This document shows positions 1 to 9,189 of a DNA stretch of 64,000 bases, piece by piece. Position numbers and translations under genes: made by a program. Source of the stretch: an uncultured Candidatus Binatia bacterium (lineage in GTDB: Bacteria > Desulfobacterota > Binatia > UBA9968 > CAXXLF01); contig OZ244621.1 in assembly GCA_965218425.1 (NCBI GenBank), forward strand, positions 928,001 through 992,000. Direction: 5' to 3'. The notes under the pieces were generated by a model. That model had not been told where the DNA came from. It saw only the letters and a program-made list of their open reading frames with translations, and did not search any database. Positions within the stretch are counted from its first letter, which is position 1. The number at the start of each line of letters is the position of its first letter.

Positions 1-2
1 AC

Positions 3-2909
3 TGCCATTACGTGGAAAGGAAAGATGCTGCTGCCCATGACGTCCTCTTGTGCATTCAGACCGGCCGCACCGTTAACGATGAGAACCGCATGAAAATGTC
101 CACGGACGAGCTCTTCCTCAAGTCAGCGGATCAGATGAGAGAGGGCATAGATTACTGTCCCGAGGCTGTGGACCGGACCTTGGAGATCGCTCAAAGGTGT
201 AATCTAGAGTTGGAACTGGGTCGATACCGTTTTCCCCGCTTTGATCCGCCCCCCGGCAAAAACCTCGACGAACACCTCGACGAGCTTACCCGCAAGGGAT
301 TGGAGCAGAGGCTGAAGAGTCTTTATCCTTCCGAAACCGGACCCTTGGACGCCGAATCCAGAAAGGTCTACGACGAACGGCTCGAGCATGAGCTCCATGT
401 GATCAAAAGCATGCAGTACTCCGGCTACTTCCTCATTGTGGCCGATTTCATCAACTATGCGAAGGACCACGGAGTTCCCGTGGGTCCAGGCAGGGGTTCG
501 GCGGCAGGAAGCCTCGTGGCCTACTCTCTGAAGATCACCGACCTCAACCCCATCCATCACAGTCTCCTGTTTGAACGTTTTCTGAACCCCGAGCGCCGAT
601 CCATGCCGGATATAGACGTGGATTTTTGCATCCGCGGCAGGGACAAAGTCATCCAGTACGTCAAGGAGAAATACGGAGAGGACAAAGTAGCACAGATCGC
701 TACCTTCGGGACCCTGAAAGCGAAGGCCGCCATCAGAGACGTGGGGCGAGCCCTGGGCTTCTCCTTCACTGAAACGGACACCATCGCAAAACTGGTCCCT
801 GCCCCAAAGCAGGGATTTGACTATTCGCTGGCAGAGGCCATCAAATTGGAGCCTCGTCTCCCGGGTTTGATGAAATCCGATCCTCGGGTGAATACCCTGC
901 TGGACCATGCGCTGCGCCTGGAAGGACTCACGCGGCATTCATCCACCCACGCCGCCGGCGTCGTCATTGCCAACCGACCCCTGGACAATTATCTACCCCT
1001 ATACCTGGATAAAGAGGGTGGCATCGTCACCCAATTCGACATGGACAGCGTGGGAAAGATCGGTCTCATCAAGTTCGATTTTCTCGGCCTAAAAACCCTC
1101 ACCCTTATCCACGATTGTCTGGACCTGATTCGCACCAGTCGAGGTCATGACATCGATTGGGAACACCTCCCACTGGACGACAAGGAAACCTACGGTCTCC
1201 TTTGCTCAGGAAACACCACAGGGATCTTCCAGCTTGAAAGCACTGGCATCCGGGAAATGACGGTGAAGATAAAACCCAACTGCTTCGAGGACCTTGTGGC
1301 CATTCTTGCCCTGTACCGCCCGGGCCCTCTGGACAGCGGCATGGCCGAGGAGTACATCAAGCGTAAGCAGGGAAAACAAAAAATCAGTTATCCACACCCA
1401 TCCCTACAGCCAATCCTAAAAGACACCTACGGTGTCATCATCTACCAGGAGCAGGTGATGCAAATCGCCCAGAGCCTCGCCGGTTATGCCATGGGAGAGG
1501 CGGATATCCTGCGTATCGCCATGGGCAAAAAGGATCCGGAAGAGATGGCGGGTCAGAGAGAGCGGTTCATCGAAGGGGCCCAAAAAAATCAGCTCAAACC
1601 TAAGACGGCAGCCGATATTTTTGACCAGATGGAAACCTTTGCGCGTTACGGCTTTAACAAGTCCCACTCGGCCGCCTATGCCCTGATCTCCTACCAGACG
1701 GCATATTTGAAATCCCATTATCCGGTGGAATTCATGGCCACCCTGATGACTTCCGAGAGGGGCGACACGGACAAGGTCATTAAAAACCTGGCGGAATGCC
1801 GGGAACAGGGGATAAAAGTGCTTCCCCCGGACGTGAACGAGAGCCGCGCCCATTTTACCACGGTGGGAGATCAGATTCGTTTTGGCCTGTCAGCCGTCAA
1901 GAACGTGGGGGACAAGGCCGTAGAAGCCGTCCTCGAGAGCAGGGAAAAGGACGGGAGGTTTAAGTCCATTTATGCCTTCTGCCGTCGGGTAGATCTGCGC
2001 ACGGTCAACCGAAGGGTGATGGAGAGTCTCATCAAGTGCGGGGCCTTCGATTCCACTGGCTTCACAAGGGCGCAGCAGACGGCGGCCCTCGATGAAGCCA
2101 TACGCGAGGGGCAGAGTCATCAGAAAGGTCTGGAAGCGGGTCAATACAATATCTTTGCAGCCCTTGCAGGGACGGACCACAATCAGGAGAATGAGATAGA
2201 AGAGCATCCTCAAGTGCAGGATTGGTCGACAAATCAGGTGTTGGCGTTTGAAAAAGAGTCCGTTGGGTTTTACATCACTGGCCACCCTTTGGATAAATAC
2301 GATCAGGCCATCAAGAAATTGACCACCGGAACCGCCGCCAACCTGAAGGAATCACCGCCCACCGGTGAGGTGAAAGTGGCGGGGGTGGTGACTGCTCTGA
2401 AGCTCAGGAACACCAAGAAGGGGGAGCGTTACGCCGGCTTCAATTTGGAAGACAAGACCGGATTTATCGAAGTGATCGTCTGGCCTGACCTATACCGCCG
2501 TTCCATGGAGGCCATCGCTTCGGACGATGCCATTTTGATCAAGGGAAAACTTGACGTTGGCGAGGAACGAATCCAACTCATTGGCAACGACGTGGTCCCC
2601 ATGGCCGAGATTTACCATCGCATTCGCGCGAGTTCTCTACCGCAAGCCGCCGAAGAGAAGAAGTCCATGGATACCACAGAGCTGCATTTCTATGCCCGTG
2701 CCCCGGAAGTCACAACACTAGAGTTAAATCAGCTACGCGACATCTTTCGAAATCATCGAGGTGGCTGTACGGTCTATCTCCATTTCTCCAATTCCTATAG
2801 GAGCGAGACGATCATCGAACTACCGGAGAATCTCAGGATCGAGCCCTCTGAAGAGCTCCTGGAGACAGTGGACCGTTCCTTTGGGAGACGCATCACCTAC
2901 ACCCACTAG
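3..2909 (+). CDS. dnaE: DNA polymerase III alpha subunit (5' end outside window)
   Basis: Motifs GPGRGSAAGS, MPDIDVDF, KFDFLGL, YGFNKSH, C-terminal OB fold; frame open from window edge (CHYV...). Confidence 0.98.
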   Translation, partial: CHYVERKDAAAHDVLLCIQTGRTVNDENRMKMSTDELFLKSADQMREGIDYCPEAVDRTLEIAQRCNLELELGRYRFPRFDPPPGKNLDEHLDELTRKGLEQRLKSLYPSETGPLDAESRKVYDERLEHELHVIKSMQYSGYFLIVADFINYAKDHGVPVGPGRGSAAGSLVAYSLKITDLNPIHHSLLFERFLNPERRSMPDIDVDFCIRGRDKVIQYVKEKYGEDKVAQIATFGTLKAKAAIRDVGRALGFSFTETDTIAKLVPAPKQGFDYSLAEAIKLEPRLPGLMKSDPRVNTLLDHALRLEGLTRHSSTHAAGVVIANRPLDNYLPLYLDKEGGIVTQFDMDSVGKIGLIKFDFLGLKTLTLIHDCLDLIRTSRGHDIDWEHLPLDDKETYGLLCSGNTTGIFQLESTGIREMTVKIKPNCFEDLVAILALYRPGPLDSGMAEEYIKRKQGKQKISYPHPSLQPILKDTYGVIIYQEQVMQIAQSLAGYAMGEADILRIAMGKKDPEEMAGQRERFIEGAQKNQLKPKTAADIFDQMETFARYGFNKSHSAAYALISYQTAYLKSHYPVEFMATLMTSERGDTDKVIKNLAECREQGIKVLPPDVNESRAHFTTVGDQIRFGLSAVKNVGDKAVEAVLESREKDGRFKSIYAFCRRVDLRTVNRRVMESLIKCGAFDSTGFTRAQQTAALDEAIREGQSHQKGLEAGQYNIFAALAGTDHNQENEIEEHPQVQDWSTNQVLAFEKESVGFYITGHPLDKYDQAIKKLTTGTAANLKESPPTGEVKVAGVVTALKLRNTKKGERYAGFNLEDKTGFIEVIVWPDLYRRSMEAIASDDAILIKGKLDVGEERIQLIGNDVVPMAEIYHRIRASSLPQAAEEKKSMDTTELHFYARAPEVTTLELNQLRDIFRNHRGGCTVYLHFSNSYRSETIIELPENLRIEPSEELLETVDRSFGRRITYTH

Positions 2910-2913
2910 CCCA

Positions 2914-4215
2914 TTGAAACAGACGATTCGCAATCATTCTGATTCAAAGGAAGGGGCCCTCCTGGTGGGAGTGGATCTGTTCTTCTCCAACCTTGAAGTT
3001 CCATTGCAGGACAGCCTGGAGGAGCTGGAACGACTGGCGGTAACCGCCGGCGCCCGGGTGATCGGGAAATTTACTCAACGCCTGAAAAAATTCAGCTCCT
3101 CCACTTTGATCGGCCGGGGCAAGGTAGATGAGATCAACGAATACATACGCGATGAAAGGCCCGACCTAGTGATCTTCGACGAAAATCTTAGCCCGGCGCA
3201 ACAACGCAATCTGGAAGATGCCTTCAAGGTCCGCGTCGTTGATAGGAGCCAACTGATACTCGACATTTTCTCCCAACGGGCACAAAGCAAAGAGGGCAAG
3301 CTCCAGGTGGAGTTGGCGCAACTGCAATACCTCCTCCCGCGCCTGACCCGCCGATGGACCCACTTGTCACGACTGGCCGGCGGCATCGGCACCCGCGGTC
3401 CAGGTGAGACCCAGCTGGAAGCGGATAGGCGAAGGGTGCGGGAGCGAATTGGACTGTTAAGGAGGCGGCTGATTTCGGTCAAACGAACCCGCGATTTGCA
3501 GCGCCATGAGCGACTGGAGGTTCCCTACGCAACCATCGCGCTGGTCGGCTACACCAACTCCGGGAAATCCACCCTGATGAATGCCCTCACCCGGGCCGGT
3601 GTCCTCGCGGAGAACAAGCTGTTTGCCACCCTGGATCCCACCACCCGAAGTCTTCGGCTCCCCAGCGCAGACAAAGCTATGGTCGTTGACACGGTTGGAT
3701 TTAGCCACAAGATTCCCCACTCACTCATCGAGGCCTTTAAGAGCACCCTCGAGGAGGTCACCAACGCGGATTTACTCCTCCACGTGGTGGATATGACCAG
3801 TCCCCTCCATGAAAAACAGATCCAGGTGGTGGAAGCGGTGTTAAGGGAAATTGGAGCTGGAGAAATTCGAACCGTTATGGTTCCTAATAAGATCGACCTC
3901 CTCTCCAACGGTGGACGGCATCGGCTGGAAACCAACGGTGCCTGTGGAATCTGCCCCATCTCCGCATTGACCGGCACAGGGATCGATGACCTCCTGGAAT
4001 CCGTAGGGAAAATCTTGGATCAAGGGAAGGAAAAAGCCGAGTTTGTCCTTTCTCCTGCCCAAGGACCCCTCCTCTCCCTGCTGCGCCGGCGAGGTAGGAT
4101 CCTGGACGAAAAGTATGAAGGTGGATCCATCCATGTCACCGCGCTCCTTTCTCCCAAGTTAAAGGGTCAGATGAAAAAGTGGTTACATGAAAATGGCGTC
4201 GAGGCTTCAACATAA
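2914..4215 (+). CDS. hflX: GTPase HflX
   Basis: GGIGTRGPGETQLE, GYTNSGKST, LFATLDPT, DTVGF, NKID; start set at TTG 2914 just after dnaE stop rather than overlapping 2761. Confidence 0.95.
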   Translation: MKQTIRNHSDSKEGALLVGVDLFFSNLEVPLQDSLEELERLAVTAGARVIGKFTQRLKKFSSSTLIGRGKVDEINEYIRDERPDLVIFDENLSPAQQRNLEDAFKVRVVDRSQLILDIFSQRAQSKEGKLQVELAQLQYLLPRLTRRWTHLSRLAGGIGTRGPGETQLEADRRRVRERIGLLRRRLISVKRTRDLQRHERLEVPYATIALVGYTNSGKSTLMNALTRAGVLAENKLFATLDPTTRSLRLPSADKAMVVDTVGFSHKIPHSLIEAFKSTLEEVTNADLLLHVVDMTSPLHEKQIQVVEAVLREIGAGEIRTVMVPNKIDLLSNGGRHRLETNGACGICPISALTGTGIDDLLESVGKILDQGKEKAEFVLSPAQGPLLSLLRRRGRILDEKYEGGSIHVTALLSPKLKGQMKKWLHENGVEAST

Positions 4216-4227
4216 GAAATATCCGGC

Positions 4228-4824
4228 ATGCTTAATCTTCCCAACTTCCTCACCTTAATCCGCATTGCAACCATACCACCCTTTCTGGTCTTGCTATTTT
4301 CTCGTTATTACACATGGGCCTTGTTAGTATTTGCCTTTGGGGGCATCACGGACGCTCTGGACGGACCCGTGGCGCGATTGACCAAACAACGGACCCGGTT
4401 GGGCGCCTATCTCGACCCCTTGGCGGACAAGTTGCTGATCATAAGTTCGCTCGTGGTGCTGAGCCACATCGGCGTAGCGCCCGCATGGTTTACCATCTTG
4501 GTGCTCAGTCGCGACCTGATTATTACAATGGGATACGTTACGATTTATTTCCGGGTTCAGCAGAGGATGGAGATTAATCCGAGTATTATGGGCAAGTCGA
4601 ATACTTTTCTTCTGCTATTAACGGTTACGGTCGTATTACTTTCTCTTTACGACCCCGACATCATTCCGAAATCTCCCCTGGGGATCGGATCCTTAAGGGT
4701 TGCCCTGCTTGATTTTCTGTTCCTTTTGACCGCCCTTACCACTGTTGTATCCGGCTTGCAGTATGTCTATCGTGGATTGGTCTGGCTCCAAGATCGGGTT
4801 CAGACTTCCATCCGAACAAGTTGA
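4228..4824 (+). CDS. pgsA: CDP-alcohol phosphatidyltransferase (PgsA-like)
   Basis: NLPNFLTLIRI and TDALDGxxAR...GAYLDPLADK signature. Confidence 0.85.
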   Translation: MLNLPNFLTLIRIATIPPFLVLLFSRYYTWALLVFAFGGITDALDGPVARLTKQRTRLGAYLDPLADKLLIISSLVVLSHIGVAPAWFTILVLSRDLIITMGYVTIYFRVQQRMEINPSIMGKSNTFLLLLTVTVVLLSLYDPDIIPKSPLGIGSLRVALLDFLFLLTALTTVVSGLQYVYRGLVWLQDRVQTSIRTS

Positions 4825-4852
4825 CACCATATCAAGAAATTGGTAGTAAAAT
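4821..4852 (+). promoter_or_regulatory. Putative sigma70 promoter for tRNA-Val/thrS
   Basis: TTGACA at 4821-4826, 17 nt spacer, TAGTAA (overlapping TAAAAT). Confidence 0.45.
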
Positions 4853-4907
4853 CATAGGGTTGCATAGAAAGGGGTCCTAAATAATCCATCGATTCACTTG
4901 CCTCGAT

Positions 4908-4982
4908 AGGCACGTAGCTCAGTGGGAGAGCGCTTCCTTGACACGGAAGAGGTCGGCGGTTCAATCCCGCCCGTGCCTACCA
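4908..4982 (+). tRNA. tRNA-Val(GAC)
   Basis: AGGCACG/CGTGCCT acceptor stem, CTTCC-TTGACAC-GGAAG anticodon arm, GGTTCAATCC T-loop, encoded CCA. Confidence 0.97.
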
Positions 4983-5029
4983 TTCGTCGAGTCGTTGCAA
5001 GACATTTGTTAGAAATTACGGCCATCTAT

Positions 5030-6967
5030 ATGAAATCTATCGTGGTAAAATTGCCGGGCGAAAAGACCATGGAGGTCACCCCCAACCAGAAAATTCAGGA
5101 TCTGATTTCGACTCTGGGTGTTAATGGTAAAGTCATCGCCGCAAAGTTGGACGGCGTGGCCGTTGATCTTGACCGCAATCTTGATAAGGACTGCACCCTG
5201 GATTGGATTTCCCTCGATAGCCCTGAGGGACTCGATATCCTGCGCCACTCCACCGCCCATCTCATGGCCCAAGCGGTACAGAGCCTCTTTCCCGGGACCC
5301 AGGTGACCATTGGCCCCACCATCGACGATGGATTCTATTACGACTTCAAGCGGGACAGACCCTTTACCCCTGAGGAGATTGAGAAAATAGAGGAACGCAT
5401 GCGAGAGCTTTCCAAGTCCGATCTCAAAGTCGTGCGGGAAGAAACTCCAAAGAAAAATGCCGTCCAAATGTTCCGAAAGATGGGCGAAGACTTCAAGGTG
5501 GATATTCTAAACGAGATCCTTGATGAGAAGGTTTCTCTTTATCGCCAGGGAGAGTGGGTGGATCTGTGCCGCGGACCCCATGTCCCCTCCACGGGATTCA
5601 TCAAGGCCTTCAAATTAACCAGCGTGGCAGGTGCCTACTGGAGAGGGGACGAAAACAACGAAATGCTCCAACGCATCTATGGGACATCCTTCGCCTCGAA
5701 GGAAGCCCTGCGCGAGCATCTTCATCTCCTCGAGGAAGCCAAGAAAAGAGACCACCGTCGTTTGGGCCGGGAACTGGATCTATTCAGCTTCCACCCCATA
5801 GCACCCGCCAGTCCTTTTTTTCACCCCAAGGGGGCGGTGGTTTACAACGAACTCATTTCCCATATACGCCAACTCTATTCCCGCTACGGATATCAAGAGG
5901 TGCTGACTCCACAGATCTTCGACGTCGAATTATGGCACCGTTCGGGGCACTACGATCACTTCAAGGAAAACATGTACTTTACCCGGATTGACGAGCGGGA
6001 GTTTGGGGTCAAGCCGATGAACTGCCCAGGGCACACTTTTATTTACGCCTCCAAAAAGAGATCCTACCGGGATCTTCCGCTACGGCTAGCGGATTTTGGA
6101 CGCCTGCACCGCTACGAGAAATCGGGTGTCACCGCCGGCCTCACACGGGTTCGAACCTTTTCCCAGGACGATGCCCATATTTTTTGTGCCCCAGAGCAAA
6201 TCGAGGAGGAGATGACCTCCTTGCTAAAAATGATCCATGAGGTCTATGAGACCTTTCAGTTTCACCAAATGCAGGTTAAACTATCCACTCGCCCGGACCC
6301 CTACATGGGAAGTCTCGAAACCTGGGAGCGGGCAGAAAACTCCCTGGCAGATTCTCTCCGCAAACGTGGCATCGAATATCAGGTGAATGAGGGCGACGGG
6401 GCCTTCTATGGTCCCAAGATTGACTTTGTGGTGTTGGATGCCATGAAACGCGGATGGCAGCTGGCGACCATCCAGCTGGACTTCGCCATGCCAGAGCGTT
6501 TCGATCTCTCCTATGTGGCGTCCTCTGGAGCCGAGGCTAGGCCCGTGATGATTCACCGGGCAATCTTGGGATCCATTGAACGTTTCATGGGAATTTTGAT
6601 AGAACATACAGGCGGCGCCCTGCCCCTTTGGCTGGCGCCGGTTCAGCTTAGGATAATGATTGTGACAGACCAGCAAAAGGGCTATGCCCAAGAGGTCTTT
6701 CAGAAAATGAAATCGGCGGGATGGCGGGTGGAACTGGATGATCGAAACGAAAAACTCGGCTTTAAAATCCGCGAGGCCCAGGTTGCAAAGATACCCTATG
6801 CGGTGGTAATCGGAGATAGGGAGATGGACGATCAGACCGTGTCCCCTCGTGCCAGGGGGGGCAAAAACCTTAATCCAATGTCCGTGGATGAATTCTTAAC
6901 ACTTCTTCAAGAAGAGGTTTCTGCCATAGGGAGAAGTGAAGGGCAACAAAATGGAGGTGTCCAATAG
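5030..6967 (+). CDS. thrS: Threonyl-tRNA synthetase
   Basis: TGS domain, LRHSTAHLMA, DLCRGPH, KPMNCPGH, GAFYGPK; start moved to ATG 5030 because the track start lies inside the tRNA. Confidence 0.98.
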   Translation: MKSIVVKLPGEKTMEVTPNQKIQDLISTLGVNGKVIAAKLDGVAVDLDRNLDKDCTLDWISLDSPEGLDILRHSTAHLMAQAVQSLFPGTQVTIGPTIDDGFYYDFKRDRPFTPEEIEKIEERMRELSKSDLKVVREETPKKNAVQMFRKMGEDFKVDILNEILDEKVSLYRQGEWVDLCRGPHVPSTGFIKAFKLTSVAGAYWRGDENNEMLQRIYGTSFASKEALREHLHLLEEAKKRDHRRLGRELDLFSFHPIAPASPFFHPKGAVVYNELISHIRQLYSRYGYQEVLTPQIFDVELWHRSGHYDHFKENMYFTRIDEREFGVKPMNCPGHTFIYASKKRSYRDLPLRLADFGRLHRYEKSGVTAGLTRVRTFSQDDAHIFCAPEQIEEEMTSLLKMIHEVYETFQFHQMQVKLSTRPDPYMGSLETWERAENSLADSLRKRGIEYQVNEGDGAFYGPKIDFVVLDAMKRGWQLATIQLDFAMPERFDLSYVASSGAEARPVMIHRAILGSIERFMGILIEHTGGALPLWLAPVQLRIMIVTDQQKGYAQEVFQKMKSAGWRVELDDRNEKLGFKIREAQVAKIPYAVVIGDREMDDQTVSPRARGGKNLNPMSVDEFLTLLQEEVSAIGRSEGQQNGGVQ

Positions 6968-7470
6968 CGAAAGAAGCAAGAATTAACCACCAGATTCGCG
7001 CCAACGAGGTCCGAGTCATCGGATCCGAGGGTGACCAGCTGGGGATCATGACGCTGAGGGACGCACTTGAAGCGGTGGATCGCGAGGGTTTGGATCTCGT
7101 TGAGGTGGCCCCCGAGGCGCAGCCCCCGGTGTGCCGCATCATGGACTACGGAAAATTCCGCTACCTTCAAAGGAAGAAGGCTCACGGGACAAAAAAGAAG
7201 CAGACCTTCGTAACGGTAAAAGAAGTCAAGATGAGGGCCCATACTGACCCCCATGATATCTCTTACAAGGTCCGCAACATCCGGCGGTTCATCGAAAGGG
7301 GCCAGCGAGTCAGAGTCTCCATCTTCTTTCGCGGTCGAGAGATCACCCATCCGGATCTCGGCCGGCAAACCCTGAACGGGATATTGACCCAGGTGGAAGA
7401 TATCGCCAAGGTCGATATTACCCCCAGGATGGAAGGAAGAAGCATGGCAATGCTTCTTACGCCGAAATAG
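6964..7470 (+). CDS. infC: Translation initiation factor IF-3 (non-canonical ATA start)
   Basis: In-frame IAKEARINHQIRANEVRVIG upstream of track start 7048; GGAGGT SD at 6953-6958; DLVEVAP, CRIMDYGKF, FRGRE. Confidence 0.95.
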   Translation: MAKEARINHQIRANEVRVIGSEGDQLGIMTLRDALEAVDREGLDLVEVAPEAQPPVCRIMDYGKFRYLQRKKAHGTKKKQTFVTVKEVKMRAHTDPHDISYKVRNIRRFIERGQRVRVSIFFRGREITHPDLGRQTLNGILTQVEDIAKVDITPRMEGRSMAMLLTPK

Positions 7471-7489
7471 ACGTTGATTGGAGGAGAGT

Positions 7490-7687
7490 GTGCCCAAGAT
7501 CAAAACCAGCAGAGGAGCAGCCAAGAGGTTCAAAGTAACCGCCAGTGGAAAGGTAAAAAGGAGCCGGAGCTTTAAAAGTCATCTGCTTTCTAGTAAAGGT
7601 AGAAAACGTAAGCGGAGGCTTCGGCAATCGACCACCGTATCGGCTGCCGAGACCAGAGTTATTCGAAAGCTCATACCGTATAAGTAA
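7490..7687 (+). CDS. rpmI: 50S ribosomal protein L35
   Basis: [23 protein letters not shown] start after GGAGG. Confidence 0.97.
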   Translation: MPKIKTSRGAAKRFKVTASGKVKRSRSFKSHLLSSKGRKRKRRLRQSTTVSAAETRVIRKLIPYK

Positions 7688-7716
7688 GTAAAATTTCTTC
7701 AAAAAGTGAGTGAACT

Positions 7717-8076
7717 ATGCCAAGAGTTAAACGAGGACAAACAGCCAGACAGAGAAGAAAGAAAGTCTTAAAGCTGGCGAAGGGTTATGTGGGGGCGCGT
7801 AGCAAGTTGTATCGCACCGCCCGAGAAACCGTAGAACGCGGACTGGTGTTCGCATACAGGGATCGACGGGTTAAGAAGAGAACCTTCCGAGGTCTTTGGA
7901 CCACCCGAATCAATGCCGGGGCAAGACTCAGCGGGCTCTCCTACAGCCAGCTCATCAAGGGTCTGAAATCCGCCCGGGTGGAACTGGACAGAAAGATTCT
8001 GGCCGATCTGGCTGTCTCAGACCTTCCAGCCTTTAGTCAGATAGCAGAGCTTGCAAAGACCCACCTCGCAGCCTAG
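7717..8076 (+). CDS. rplT: 50S ribosomal protein L20
   Basis: [33 protein letters not shown]. Confidence 0.98.
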   Translation: MPRVKRGQTARQRRKKVLKLAKGYVGARSKLYRTARETVERGLVFAYRDRRVKKRTFRGLWTTRINAGARLSGLSYSQLIKGLKSARVELDRKILADLAVSDLPAFSQIAELAKTHLAA

Positions 8077-8099
8077 CCGACCTATTTCTCCTTCCTTAC

Positions 8100-9140
8100 A
8101 TGCAAGAACCTTTGGCAGCTTTTCAGGAAGAGATGGCGGAGCGCATCAAGCGCTCCGTGACGGAACAGGACATTGAAGCGCTAAGGGTAGAATATGTAGG
8201 CAGAAAGGGCAAGCTTACCATAAAGCTCCGGAGCTTGAAGGACGTACCCCCCGAGGAGCGGCCCCAGTTGGGAGAACAACTGAACCGGCTCAGGGTCTTG
8301 TTTGAAGACGAACTCGAGAGCCGGCTCAGGGACTTCAAGGCGCAAAAGAATGAGCGGATCCTCATAGAAGAGCACACCGATATCAGCCTCCCGGGAAACC
8401 GGTTGCAGAGAGGACAATTGCATCCCATTACCCTGGTACTCGATGAGATCACCGACATCTTTGCCTGCATGGGGTTTGAAATCGCTCGAGGGCCTGACAT
8501 TGAGGACGATTATCATAACTTTGAGGCCCTCAACATCCCCAAGGATCATCCGGCTAGGGATATGCAGGACACCTTTTTCGTGTCCGAAGAGCTTCTGCTG
8601 AGAACCCACACCTCACCGGTACAGATTCGGGTCATGGAAAACCGTAAGCCTCCACTCCAGATCATTGTCCCGGGTGCGGTTTATCGACATGATGACGATG
8701 CAACCCATTCTCCCGTGTTCCATCAGGTGGAAGGATTCATGGTGGACCACCATATTACTTTCGGTGATCTCAAAGGCGTTTTACAACACCTCCTGCGCCA
8801 GGTTTTTCGGGAAGACACGCCGGTCAGATTTCGACCGAGCTTTTTTCCCTTCACGGAGCCAAGTGCAGAAGTGGACATCGGCTGCTTATTTTGCGCGGGG
8901 CAGGGACAAGCTACCCATGGACAGGGCTGTCGGGTATGTAAAGGGACGGGGTGGTTGGAGATCCTAGGATCGGGAATGATTGATCCCCAGGTCTTTCGAT
9001 TTGTAGGCTACGATATCGATAAGGTCTCCGGGTTTGCCTTTGGGATGGGTGTGGAACGGATCGCCATGCTGAAATTCGGGATCGAGGACATCCGTCAATT
9101 TTACCAAAACGACCTTCGTTTTTTGAGACAGTTTCGTTAG
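8100..9140 (+). CDS. pheS: Phenylalanyl-tRNA synthetase alpha subunit
   Basis: HPARDMQDTF, LRTHTSPVQ, FPFTEPS, GFAFGMGVER. Confidence 0.98.
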   Translation: MQEPLAAFQEEMAERIKRSVTEQDIEALRVEYVGRKGKLTIKLRSLKDVPPEERPQLGEQLNRLRVLFEDELESRLRDFKAQKNERILIEEHTDISLPGNRLQRGQLHPITLVLDEITDIFACMGFEIARGPDIEDDYHNFEALNIPKDHPARDMQDTFFVSEELLLRTHTSPVQIRVMENRKPPLQIIVPGAVYRHDDDATHSPVFHQVEGFMVDHHITFGDLKGVLQHLLRQVFREDTPVRFRPSFFPFTEPSAEVDIGCLFCAGQGQATHGQGCRVCKGTGWLEILGSGMIDPQVFRFVGYDIDKVSGFAFGMGVERIAMLKFGIEDIRQFYQNDLRFLRQFR

Positions 9141-9189
9141 CCTAAACAGAAAAAGCGTTTCCCGCAGGACCCGGGATGACGTTCATGCT

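Noticed and set aside
2761..2913. Long dnaE/hflX overlap
   Set aside because: The extension is low-complexity and not HflX-like; an in-frame TTG follows the dnaE stop
4922..5029. 36-aa N-terminal extension of ThrS in the ORF track
   Set aside because: It is a read-through of the tRNA-Val sequence; the true start is ATG 5030
8880..8945. CxxC...CxxC insert in PheS
   Set aside because: A common zinc-binding insertion in many bacterial PheS proteins; not novel
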